From the NCBI GenBank assembly GCA_038845265.1, contig JAWBQR010000002.1, positions 1,275 to 33,274 on the forward strand: a DNA stretch of 32,000 bases. Direction: 5' to 3'. Position 1 is the first letter of the stretch; every line of letters starts with the position of its first letter. A model generated the notes under the pieces. It saw only the letters and a list, made by a program, of their open reading frames with translations, had not been told where the DNA came from and ran no database searches. The DNA is from Nitrososphaerota archaeon. Its GTDB lineage: Archaea > Thermoproteota > Nitrososphaeria_A > Caldarchaeales > Calditenuaceae. Below are positions 24,746 through 32,000 of the stretch, piece by piece. Position numbers and translations under genes: made by a program.

Positions 24746-26347
24746 ATGCCCAGGGGAAACGATGAAAATACTGATCCGATTAGGGCAAATAAATATTTAG
24801 AGGAATTTATTGAGAATCTTAAAACAAATAATGATTTAGGACGACTAAAGCTTGAACTTGCAAAGGTTCTTAAGATAAAGACTATACCGTCCAACATACA
24901 ACTGATCAGCGAGCTTAGAAAGAGAGGAATAGATGATCATTTAGTTTCTAAACTTAGGAAAAAACCGGTGAAAACTAGGGCTGGTGTGACCGTTATTACG
25001 GTCGTTGCACCGTTGTTCAACTGTCCTCATGGAAGATGTATATACTGCCCCGGAGGAGGATCAACAGGTATTCCTCGTAGCTATTCTGGGAAAGAACTCC
25101 AGATAATGTCTGCCCGCGAGTTAGACTATGACGCCGAGAAACAAGTACAAAGATGTATAGAGAGGCTCACTGCAATGGGGCACTCGGTGGATAAGGTAGA
25201 GTTAATAATCATTGGCGGTACCTTCACGGCCTCTCCGATAGAATTTCAGAGAGAGATAATTAAGTCGGCCCTAGATGGACTGCATGGACAATCATCCAGT
25301 AGTCTCGAAGAGGCGATACACAGAGCTGAGAAGACGCGTCCATATGTTTCAGGAATAACAATTGAAACAAGGCCAGACTGGGTGTCTGATAAGGAGGCTG
25401 ATGCTTTATTATCAATGGGGGTTACGAGGGTCGAACTAGGAGTTCAGGCACTTGACGATGAGATCTACAAAATAATCAATAGAGGCCATACTGTCGATGA
25501 TGTAGCACGGGCAACGCGAATCCTTAGGGATCGAGCTTTTAAGATTTGTTATCACTTAATGCCCGGACTGCCAGGCTCTTCGCCGGAAAAAGATATAGAA
25601 ATGTATAGGCAGGTCTTTAGTGATCCGCGTTTTAGGCCTGACATGGTTAAGATTTATCCCTTGATGGTATTGCCGGATACTCCTCTTTATGATTTGTGGA
25701 AAAGGAGAGAGTATACGTCATATCCACTAGAAGTCCTTACAGAAGTTCTGGTAAAATGGCTAGAATTAACGCCTCCATATGTAAGGATTCAGAGAATTAG
25801 GAGAGAGATACCTGCAAGTGAAGCTGTTGACGGAAAATATCCAGGGAACCTCAGAGAATTAGTGGAGCAAGAATTAGAGAGAAGGGGAATGAAATGTAGG
25901 TGTATTAGATGTAGAGAAGTAGGAAATCCCAAATTGGCAAAACGATTTAGAGAAGTGATGAATAAGATGCGGATATTAGAGACATGGTACGAAACTGATG
26001 GGGGACAGGAGGTCTTTATCTCATACGAAACCCCTGACAGAGCAGTCCTCTCTGCACTACTCCGTCTCCGTCTTCCGTACAGATCGGCAACTCAACTAAC
26101 AGAAAATTCAGCGCTTGTAAGGGAGCTCCATGTTTATGGGCGGATGGTGCCTGTTGGTCATCTTGGTGAAGAGAGAGACGCTTGGCAGCATAGAGGCATA
26201 GGTTCAATGTTGCTGAGGAGAGCTGAGGAAATAGCCATTGAAAATGGCTATAGACGAATTATAGTGATTAGTGGGATAGGAGTAAAACAGTACTATACAA
26301 GACATGGATACCATCCTCACGGTCCATACATGGCGAAAAATCTATAA
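24746..26347 (+). CDS. elp3: Elp3-type radical SAM / GNAT acetyltransferase (tRNA wobble uridine modification)
   Basis: 533 aa. Radical-SAM cluster motif CPHGRCIYCPGG, TIM-barrel region (ITIETRPDW, VTRVELGVQALDDEIY), and a C-terminal GNAT motif (WQHRGIGSMLLRRAEEIA). Confidence 0.9.
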   Translation: MPRGNDENTDPIRANKYLEEFIENLKTNNDLGRLKLELAKVLKIKTIPSNIQLISELRKRGIDDHLVSKLRKKPVKTRAGVTVITVVAPLFNCPHGRCIYCPGGGSTGIPRSYSGKELQIMSARELDYDAEKQVQRCIERLTAMGHSVDKVELIIIGGTFTASPIEFQREIIKSALDGLHGQSSSSLEEAIHRAEKTRPYVSGITIETRPDWVSDKEADALLSMGVTRVELGVQALDDEIYKIINRGHTVDDVARATRILRDRAFKICYHLMPGLPGSSPEKDIEMYRQVFSDPRFRPDMVKIYPLMVLPDTPLYDLWKRREYTSYPLEVLTEVLVKWLELTPPYVRIQRIRREIPASEAVDGKYPGNLRELVEQELERRGMKCRCIRCREVGNPKLAKRFREVMNKMRILETWYETDGGQEVFISYETPDRAVLSALLRLRLPYRSATQLTENSALVRELHVYGRMVPVGHLGEERDAWQHRGIGSMLLRRAEEIAIENGYRRIIVISGIGVKQYYTRHGYHPHGPYMAKNL

Positions 26348-26414
26348 CATATCACTCAATCATTTTCCAGCAGTATAGAAATTACGTTTAAATCTATGCT
26401 GCATTTGTAGAGAT

Positions 26415-27377
26415 ATGGCTATGAAGTCTAAGCTAAAGATTTTTCATGCCAGTGATGTACATGGCTCAGAAAAATGCTTTAGAAAATTTCTAAATGTTCC
26501 CAAAGTATATGGCGTCGACGTCATAATAATGGGGGGAGACATAACGGGAAAGATGCTTGTGCCAATAGTAGAGCAGGGAGATGGCTCATATAAGACGGAG
26601 TACATGGGAAGTGATCTTGTATTAAAATCTCAAGACGAAGTAGAAAAAATTACAAAACTTATAGCTGATGCAGGCGGATATCCATATATATGCACTGTGG
26701 ATGAGTATGACAAGCTAAAGAATGATCCAGCCTATCTTGACAGAATATTCAAGAATCAGATTGTTAAGAGAGTGGAGGAGTGGGTTAATCTGGCTGAGGA
26801 GCGGCTAAAGAGCTCAGGCGTTGAGGTCTACATAATGCCTGGGAATGATGATTACCCGGAGATTGATGAGGCTTTAAACAAGTCGGAATTCGTCATAAAT
26901 CCCGATGGAAAACTCGTAGTGATTGGTGGTAGATATGAGATGATTAGTACTGGATATGTCAATATTACTCCTTGGAAAGCTCCGCGAGATATACCTGATG
27001 AGAAGCTTGAAGAAATACTAGAAGGGCTGGCCACACAGCTAAAGAGGCCAGGCGACTCGATATTTAGTCTACATGCACCACCATATAATACTCCTATTGA
27101 CCTCGCTCCACTGCTCGATAATACACTAAAGCCCGTATTAGCCAGTGGCGAACTAGTTATGACACATGTTGGAAGCATTGCTGTCAGGAAGTTGATAGAA
27201 AAGTATCAGCCCCTCCTAGGATTACATGGACACATACATGAATCAAAAGGCATGGTCAAGATTGGCAGGACAATTTGTTTAAATGCAGGCAGCGATTATC
27301 TTGCAGGAAACCTACAGGGAGCAATAGTAACATTAGAGGATGGAAAAGTAAAAAGTTATATGTTTACCATTGGATAG
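26415..27377 (+). CDS. Calcineurin-like metallophosphoesterase
   Basis: 320 aa. Ordered motifs ASDVHGS, GGDITGK, PGNDD, LHAPP, GHIHES. Confidence 0.8.
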   Translation: MAMKSKLKIFHASDVHGSEKCFRKFLNVPKVYGVDVIIMGGDITGKMLVPIVEQGDGSYKTEYMGSDLVLKSQDEVEKITKLIADAGGYPYICTVDEYDKLKNDPAYLDRIFKNQIVKRVEEWVNLAEERLKSSGVEVYIMPGNDDYPEIDEALNKSEFVINPDGKLVVIGGRYEMISTGYVNITPWKAPRDIPDEKLEEILEGLATQLKRPGDSIFSLHAPPYNTPIDLAPLLDNTLKPVLASGELVMTHVGSIAVRKLIEKYQPLLGLHGHIHESKGMVKIGRTICLNAGSDYLAGNLQGAIVTLEDGKVKSYMFTIG

Positions 27378-27385
27378 AATTATTA

Positions 27386-28135
27386 TCACCTTAAAGGTTC
27401 CTCAGGTATCTCATACCACCTAACTTTTTCACCAATCTTCGCTCTCATTTTCCACTTCATCGATTTTGGCTCCGCATCAATAACTGATCTAATTTTTTCT
27501 ATCCTCGAGACAATTGTGTTTCTGTGCTGCTCGTTGATTGGAGCTTTTTTAGTCCAATCGAGAACTTTGTCAAACGTCATTTTGATCGTCTTTTCTAAGC
27601 CCCAATCATTTGAGCAGAGCTTAGCGATGTATTTGACATTTATACGATCCTCTTCATCTTTATCGCTGAGCTCATGGTCTATTAATAAGACCGCTAAATC
27701 TTTTATGTCTTTTTCAGTTAATTCAACTATCTGCAGCTTGGTAAGCAGCAGGTCTGCAAGGGGTATTGTAACATTGTCTATTCTTAATCTCTCTCTTAGA
27801 TCAATTTTATGACACATCTCGAAGTAATCAAGCAGGAAATCAATTCTTGAGCCGTTAGACTCGTCATAATACAGGAGTCTCCTCTCTCCATGTAGTGCGT
27901 TGAACCTCTCATGGGGGATATAGCCGAGATTATTCATGACGTTTTTAATGATTTTTGTCTGCGAACTTAGTCCAAAGAAATCAATGTCGCCGTAAGTTCT
28001 CGCAAAGCTTTCATTTATTGCTGATGGAGAATGATAATAGATTGCGAGTCCTCCTATGAGTCTGATAGTGGCTCCTCTTTTTTCTCCTTCTGCAACGATT
28101 TTTAGGGCCTTTTCTAAGTTATCCATTCTTCTCAT
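27386..28135 (-). CDS. Putative nucleotidyltransferase-fold protein with C-terminal helical domain
   Basis: 249 aa. N-terminal pol-beta-type NTase pattern IRLIGGLAIYYHS...YGDIDFFG...RIDFLL (G-G-x21-D-I-D, then a third acidic strand). The rest is helical and unassigned. Confidence 0.45.
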   Translation of the reverse strand: MRRMDNLEKALKIVAEGEKRGATIRLIGGLAIYYHSPSAINESFARTYGDIDFFGLSSQTKIIKNVMNNLGYIPHERFNALHGERRLLYYDESNGSRIDFLLDYFEMCHKIDLRERLRIDNVTIPLADLLLTKLQIVELTEKDIKDLAVLLIDHELSDKDEEDRINVKYIAKLCSNDWGLEKTIKMTFDKVLDWTKKAPINEQHRNTIVSRIEKIRSVIDAEPKSMKWKMRAKIGEKVRWYEIPEEPLR

Positions 28136-28228
28136 GAGTCAATTCCCTAAAGTAATACTAATACATTAATTTTGAGTTATAAATGCATTAAATAATATTT
28201 ATATTGGGATTAAATTATGTAGGACGTT

Positions 28229-29356
28229 ATGAAAATTAAGAATGTTCGTTTAATTCCATTAATGACGAAGGAGGAATCCATCTCGGCTGGGCCTGGCGCA
28301 GCATTAATCGAGGTTGAGACAGACGAAGGAATAACAGGTATTGGTGAGACATGTATACATAGTGAGCGTGGAGAAGCAGCGGTAGCAGCTCAGAAAATCG
28401 TAGAGGTGGGCTTTAAACCACTACTAGTTGGTGAAGATCCACTGGATATTCAGAGGCTCTGGCATAAATTATACAGTTATTGTGAATGGTATGGAAGGGC
28501 CGGCGTCTCCATTTATGCCCTTAGTGGAATAGACGTGGCGCTATGGGACATATGTGGAAAGGCATTAGGCGTGCCAATCTACACTCTCTTGGGAGGCAAG
28601 TTTAGGGACAAAATACCAGTCTATGCAAGTCTCTTATTTGATATGGATGATCCTGAAGGCACAGCAAGAATGGGCAAGGAGTATGTGAAGCAAGGATACA
28701 AAGCCGTCAAGTATGGATGGGGAAAGACGCGTGAACGCGCATTTGGTATGAATCCGGACAAGGACGAAGAAATGATTAGGACTATCCGTGAGGTCCTAGG
28801 CCCACAAATACAGATAATGGTCGACGTTGGTAGGTTCGTTAATCTTACTCCGGCGCAAGCTATCAAGTTAGCCAAAAGGTTAGAGAAATATAATATATTT
28901 TGGCTGGAAGAGCCTCTTCCGCCAGAGGATGTTATAGGTTACAAGCTCCTCTCAAATGCTGTTGATGTATACATAGCTGCAGGTGAGAGTGAGTATAATA
29001 TTCAAGGCTTTAAGGAATATATTACTAAAAGAGCGGTCGACATAATTCAGCCTGACGTTACTAAAGCAGGCGGATTAACCATTGTTAGGAAAATAGTAGA
29101 TTTATGCGAAGCGTGGAATTTGCTTATGGTCCCGCATGGATTCAGCTCTGTTGTAAATGTTGCAGCGAATCTACAGCTAGTGGCATCGATGCCTCGCGCA
29201 TTTATACTTGAGTATAGGCGGACACCAAGCCCATTAATATCAAGGCTTGCTAAAAAGCCCCTAGTTTACGAGGATGGGCATCTTAAGATACCGAGTGAAC
29301 CTGGACTAGGAATCGAGATTGATTACTCAGTAGTAGAGGAATGTGAGATAAAGTAA
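28229..29356 (+). CDS. Enolase-superfamily enzyme (mandelate racemase/muconate lactonizing enzyme family; dehydratase or epimerase)
   Basis: 375 aa. N-terminal capping domain with GIDVALWDICGKALGVPIYTLLGG. Barrel motifs KAVKYG, MVDVG, WLEEPLPPED, AAGESE, IIQPDVTKAGGLT, VPHGFSS. Confidence 0.85.
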   Translation: MKIKNVRLIPLMTKEESISAGPGAALIEVETDEGITGIGETCIHSERGEAAVAAQKIVEVGFKPLLVGEDPLDIQRLWHKLYSYCEWYGRAGVSIYALSGIDVALWDICGKALGVPIYTLLGGKFRDKIPVYASLLFDMDDPEGTARMGKEYVKQGYKAVKYGWGKTRERAFGMNPDKDEEMIRTIREVLGPQIQIMVDVGRFVNLTPAQAIKLAKRLEKYNIFWLEEPLPPEDVIGYKLLSNAVDVYIAAGESEYNIQGFKEYITKRAVDIIQPDVTKAGGLTIVRKIVDLCEAWNLLMVPHGFSSVVNVAANLQLVASMPRAFILEYRRTPSPLISRLAKKPLVYEDGHLKIPSEPGLGIEIDYSVVEECEIK

Positions 29357-29378
29357 ATTAAAACAAAAATATTTTTTT
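29357..29378. terminator. Bidirectional oligo-T/oligo-A tract between convergent genes (archaeal-type termination signal)
   Basis: ATTAAAACAAAAATATTTTTTT: a T7 run on the + strand 16 nt after the MR/MLE stop, and T5/T4 runs on the - strand directly after the permease stop. Confidence 0.35.
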
Positions 29379-31035
29379 ATTCTGGTGGAATGGACTTAAA
29401 GATTAGGTCTATATCTATTCCTTGTCTCTTTCTGATTGCTCTTACTACCCAGTAGAGAACGAAGGGTATCAGGAATGTGAAGATAAGTAGCAGAGTTGAT
29501 GGTAGTCCCATTCCTAGCTCTGGCGTAATTGTGAAGAATAGTACTGCTGCTCCATTATAGATGAATCCAAGTATTCCCCCAATAACTATGAGCGGTATCG
29601 GGCCTATCTTATATTTATTCGCAGGGGACAATGACCAGAGTTCCTTCCTAAGTGGTAATAATGCAGCGGAAAGGCAAAGAATAGCTATCGGTATGAGTGT
29701 TGTGTCCCATGCTGCTGTGTTAAAGAATGCTAGGTACTCGATGAAATATATGAAGAGAACCATGAATATACATGCGACGATCAAATTTATGATGATGCTC
29801 CAGATTGGCGTGTGGTATTTATCGCTTACCTCAGAGACTTTTTCAGGTATTAACCTGTCAAAGGACCATGCGAACCACTCTCTTGTTACTATTAACCAGT
29901 TAGCTGGGAAGTATGCTAAGACGCCGCAAATTGTGCCTATCATGATTATGAATTGAATTACTGGGTTATCTGCAATCATCATTGGTATTAATGTCATTGC
30001 GTATGCAGGCATCGCTGGTACTCCTTCAAAGAATGCAGGGTTATTCGTCAATATCTGGGTCATCGCAACTAGGAAGTCTCTACCAAGCAGTGCCTGTGCC
30101 AGGCCGGATGTTAATCCTACAATCAGTGCAATCAACGTGCTTGGAATCCACATTGATATCAACTGCATCTTTATGTCACTTGCTCTTCTTACCTCGCCTA
30201 CGGCCCATGAGTTCCAGTAAGTATTGAATGAACCGGCTGTAAATGCTATTGCAGCCATTATCGGCACAAACGCGTATACTGGTGGGATCATGGCCTCTGG
30301 ATAGGATGCTCTTGCCTCTGCTAAAATGCTGTTGAAGTCTGTGTGTAGATATTTCGGTAAAACTACCTCAAGTTGAGATCTCGAGGTGGTGGCCCAGAGC
30401 GCTATTATGATGATGATCGCTATGAACATTATTATCGTGATCGGTAACTGGAATGTCCTGACTAGTTTTCTGGTGCCTAGCGCTGCTATAAGGCTCGTAG
30501 GGACAAGCATCAGGAAGCCTGCTAGCACTGCCCACTCGGGCTGAGCCAAGGCGAAGGCTGCATCTACAAACGCCTTGATGCCTGATGAGACTCCAATAGT
30601 GTATAGCCCAGGGATCAACGCCCAAGTTATCATGAATCCTGGATATAGCGCGAGTGCCATTATCCAGCCAAGCCACATCAGCACCTCAGCCGGCCAACCA
30701 ATCGCTGGGTGAATGATCCTGCTGTTAGCTATGTATGGAGCAGCTGAGCGCGGAAACGTTGCGGCTATAAAAGAGTAAGATACGAGTGATCCGAGCATCG
30801 TGAATAGCCATCCACCGATGATGGCTAGCATTACGTCGCCGCCCTTAACTGCAAAGAAGACCCACCAAGGCGTCAGAACTATCGCTGCTAATGGTACTAC
30901 GCCGTTCATGTTCGTGATAAGATGGTCGAGAAATCCTATCTCCCTTACAAGGCCAGTTGACTCTCTAACGAAAACTTTACTGGCCATTTTCACATCAAAT
31001 TTATCAAATAATGAGTTATATATATGCATTTCCAA
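29377..31035 (-). CDS. APC-superfamily (amino acid/polyamine/organocation) permease
   Basis: 552 aa with at least 12 hydrophobic segments and overall APC-like organisation. Family assignment by eye only. Confidence 0.68.
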   Translation of the reverse strand: MEMHIYNSLFDKFDVKMASKVFVRESTGLVREIGFLDHLITNMNGVVPLAAIVLTPWWVFFAVKGGDVMLAIIGGWLFTMLGSLVSYSFIAATFPRSAAPYIANSRIIHPAIGWPAEVLMWLGWIMALALYPGFMITWALIPGLYTIGVSSGIKAFVDAAFALAQPEWAVLAGFLMLVPTSLIAALGTRKLVRTFQLPITIIMFIAIIIIIALWATTSRSQLEVVLPKYLHTDFNSILAEARASYPEAMIPPVYAFVPIMAAIAFTAGSFNTYWNSWAVGEVRRASDIKMQLISMWIPSTLIALIVGLTSGLAQALLGRDFLVAMTQILTNNPAFFEGVPAMPAYAMTLIPMMIADNPVIQFIIMIGTICGVLAYFPANWLIVTREWFAWSFDRLIPEKVSEVSDKYHTPIWSIIINLIVACIFMVLFIYFIEYLAFFNTAAWDTTLIPIAILCLSAALLPLRKELWSLSPANKYKIGPIPLIVIGGILGFIYNGAAVLFFTITPELGMGLPSTLLLIFTFLIPFVLYWVVRAIRKRQGIDIDLIFKSIPPE

Positions 31036-31096
31036 ACATATAAATTACTGACAAGACGGATAGTATAATAACTATTTATTAAAATTTTCTATAATT

Positions 31097-32000
31097 TTAG
31101 AATGGTTCGACTCTATATTTTTCTATTGTTCTTTCATTTAGTTTGAACCCTAGTCCTGGTTTTTTTGGCACTTCTATGTATCCGTCTTTTGGCATTGGTG
31201 TTGGTTCTATAAGTTCAGATATTAGTGGTGAGTAGGGATGGGGACTAGGCATCTCAATGTATGGCATATTTGGTACAACGGCTGCGAGATGAATCTCAGC
31301 AGCTACGCCAATCATCCATGCATATGAATGTGGTATGCAGAGTTTTCCTTTCTCATACGCCATTGAGGCAATTCTAAGCATTTCAGTAATTCCACCCGTT
31401 CTAACTGCGCTTGGTTGAACTACATCGACTTTTCCCTTTTCAATTAATTCTTTAAATTCAAACCGTGTTGTGAAGCCCCCGTCCCCGCAGGCTATACGTG
31501 TCTCGACTGAGTCTGCCAGCATTGCGTATGCCTCTAATGAATCTGGTGGAAGCGGTGCCTCGACGAAGTAGACATTAAATGGCTCGATTGCTTTTATACT
31601 GGATAATGCCCTTGTATAATCATTCCAGATATATTGAACATCTATCATGAGGTCTCGATTGCTGCCAATGGCTTCTCTCGCTGCCTGAACCAACTCAACA
31701 TCATGCTTTACATCTTTTCTACCGAATCCATCCTGACTTTCCTCCATTTTAACTGCTTCGAAACCTGCACCAATTGCGAGTGATAAGTTTCTCTTTACTT
31801 CTTCGGGGCTGCTTCCTGAAGGATAAACCGTTGCATAGGGCTTTACGCGAAGCTTAGGCCCCATAATGTCTTGGTCCATGCGTGCAACATTACAAGCGCT
31901 CCAGATTAGTTCGAAGACGGGTTTTCCCAAAATTTTTCCTTTAATATCCCATAGCGCTGTGTCGATAGCAGTCATGACAGCTATTCCCGCTCCTCTACGC
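31097..32000 (-). CDS. Second enolase-superfamily (MR/MLE) enzyme, 5' end beyond the window
   Basis: The frame stays open upstream of the listed Met to position 32000 (RRGAGIAVMTAIDTALWDIKGKILGKPVFELI is the mid-capping-domain motif). Barrel motifs EAVKME, MIDVQ, FVEAPLPPDS, ACGDGG, VVQPSAVRTGGIT, IPHSYAW. Confidence 0.85.
   Translation of the reverse strand, partial: RRGAGIAVMTAIDTALWDIKGKILGKPVFELIWSACNVARMDQDIMGPKLRVKPYATVYPSGSSPEEVKRNLSLAIGAGFEAVKMEESQDGFGRKDVKHDVELVQAAREAIGSNRDLMIDVQYIWNDYTRALSSIKAIEPFNVYFVEAPLPPDSLEAYAMLADSVETRIACGDGGFTTRFEFKELIEKGKVDVVQPSAVRTGGITEMLRIASMAYEKGKLCIPHSYAWMIGVAAEIHLAAVVPNMPYIEMPSPHPYSPLISELIEPTPMPKDGYIEVPKKPGLGFKLNERTIEKYRVEPF

Noticed and set aside
29561-31051. 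Several 81-131-aa ORFs on both strands (29561..29956, 29982..30227, 30368..30676, 30800..31051)
   Set aside because: They overlap the 552-aa permease gene, in alternative frames or antisense. Their composition is odd and they carry no motifs.
1-32000. Looked for CRISPR arrays, transposases, integrases, terminal inverted repeats, prophage or defence-island content
   Set aside because: None was recognised. The only sizeable DNA repeat is the 115-bp tandem duplication at 13063-13293, and gene content is housekeeping or metabolic.

Overview
Compact archaeal chromosomal segment, AT-rich by eye, with about 36 protein-coding genes and very short spacers. AT-rich TATA-like boxes sit about 25-30 nt upstream of many first genes. 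GGAGG/GGTG Shine-Dalgarno-like motifs precede internal operon genes. Several genes appear to use TTG or GTG starts.

Lineage: archaeal/eukaryal-type markers are present (eL15, Sec61beta, tRNA-splicing endonuclease EndA, Elp3, eukaryal-type GlyRS). Together with the Cdv division genes cdvB (ESCRT-III) and cdvC (Vps4), they point to a TACK/Thermoproteota-type archaeon. I cannot assign a genus from sequence alone.

The rest is mostly housekeeping or metabolism:
- HMG-CoA synthase plus a thiolase-like gene
- Lrp/AsnC regulator
- GlmS
- H+-pyrophosphatase with the K+-independent GNTTKA motif
- ROK kinase
- HtrA protease
- Moco oxidoreductase
- GalT-like HIT enzyme
- formamidase
- nitroreductase
- metallophosphoesterase
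- two enolase-superfamily (MR/MLE) genes flanking an APC permease

No rRNA, tRNA, CRISPR array, transposase or integrase was recognised.

Most noteworthy:
1. A 2.5-kb locus holds two paralogous C4HC3 RING/PHD-like zinc fingers, one membrane-anchored and one a 68-aa stand-alone protein. They bracket two coiled-coil genes, and the convergent gene junction carries a 115-bp tandem duplication.
2. A three-gene operon encodes a membrane-tethered Roadblock protein, a Roadblock protein and an MglA/CvnD-like GTPase.
3. The thiolase-like gene has Asp at the position of the acyl-enzyme Cys.
4. Upstream of glmS there is a 46-codon lysine-rich ORF absent from the ORF track, followed by an unusually long ORF-free spacer with hairpins.

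All functional calls rest on motif recognition by eye. No database search was run.
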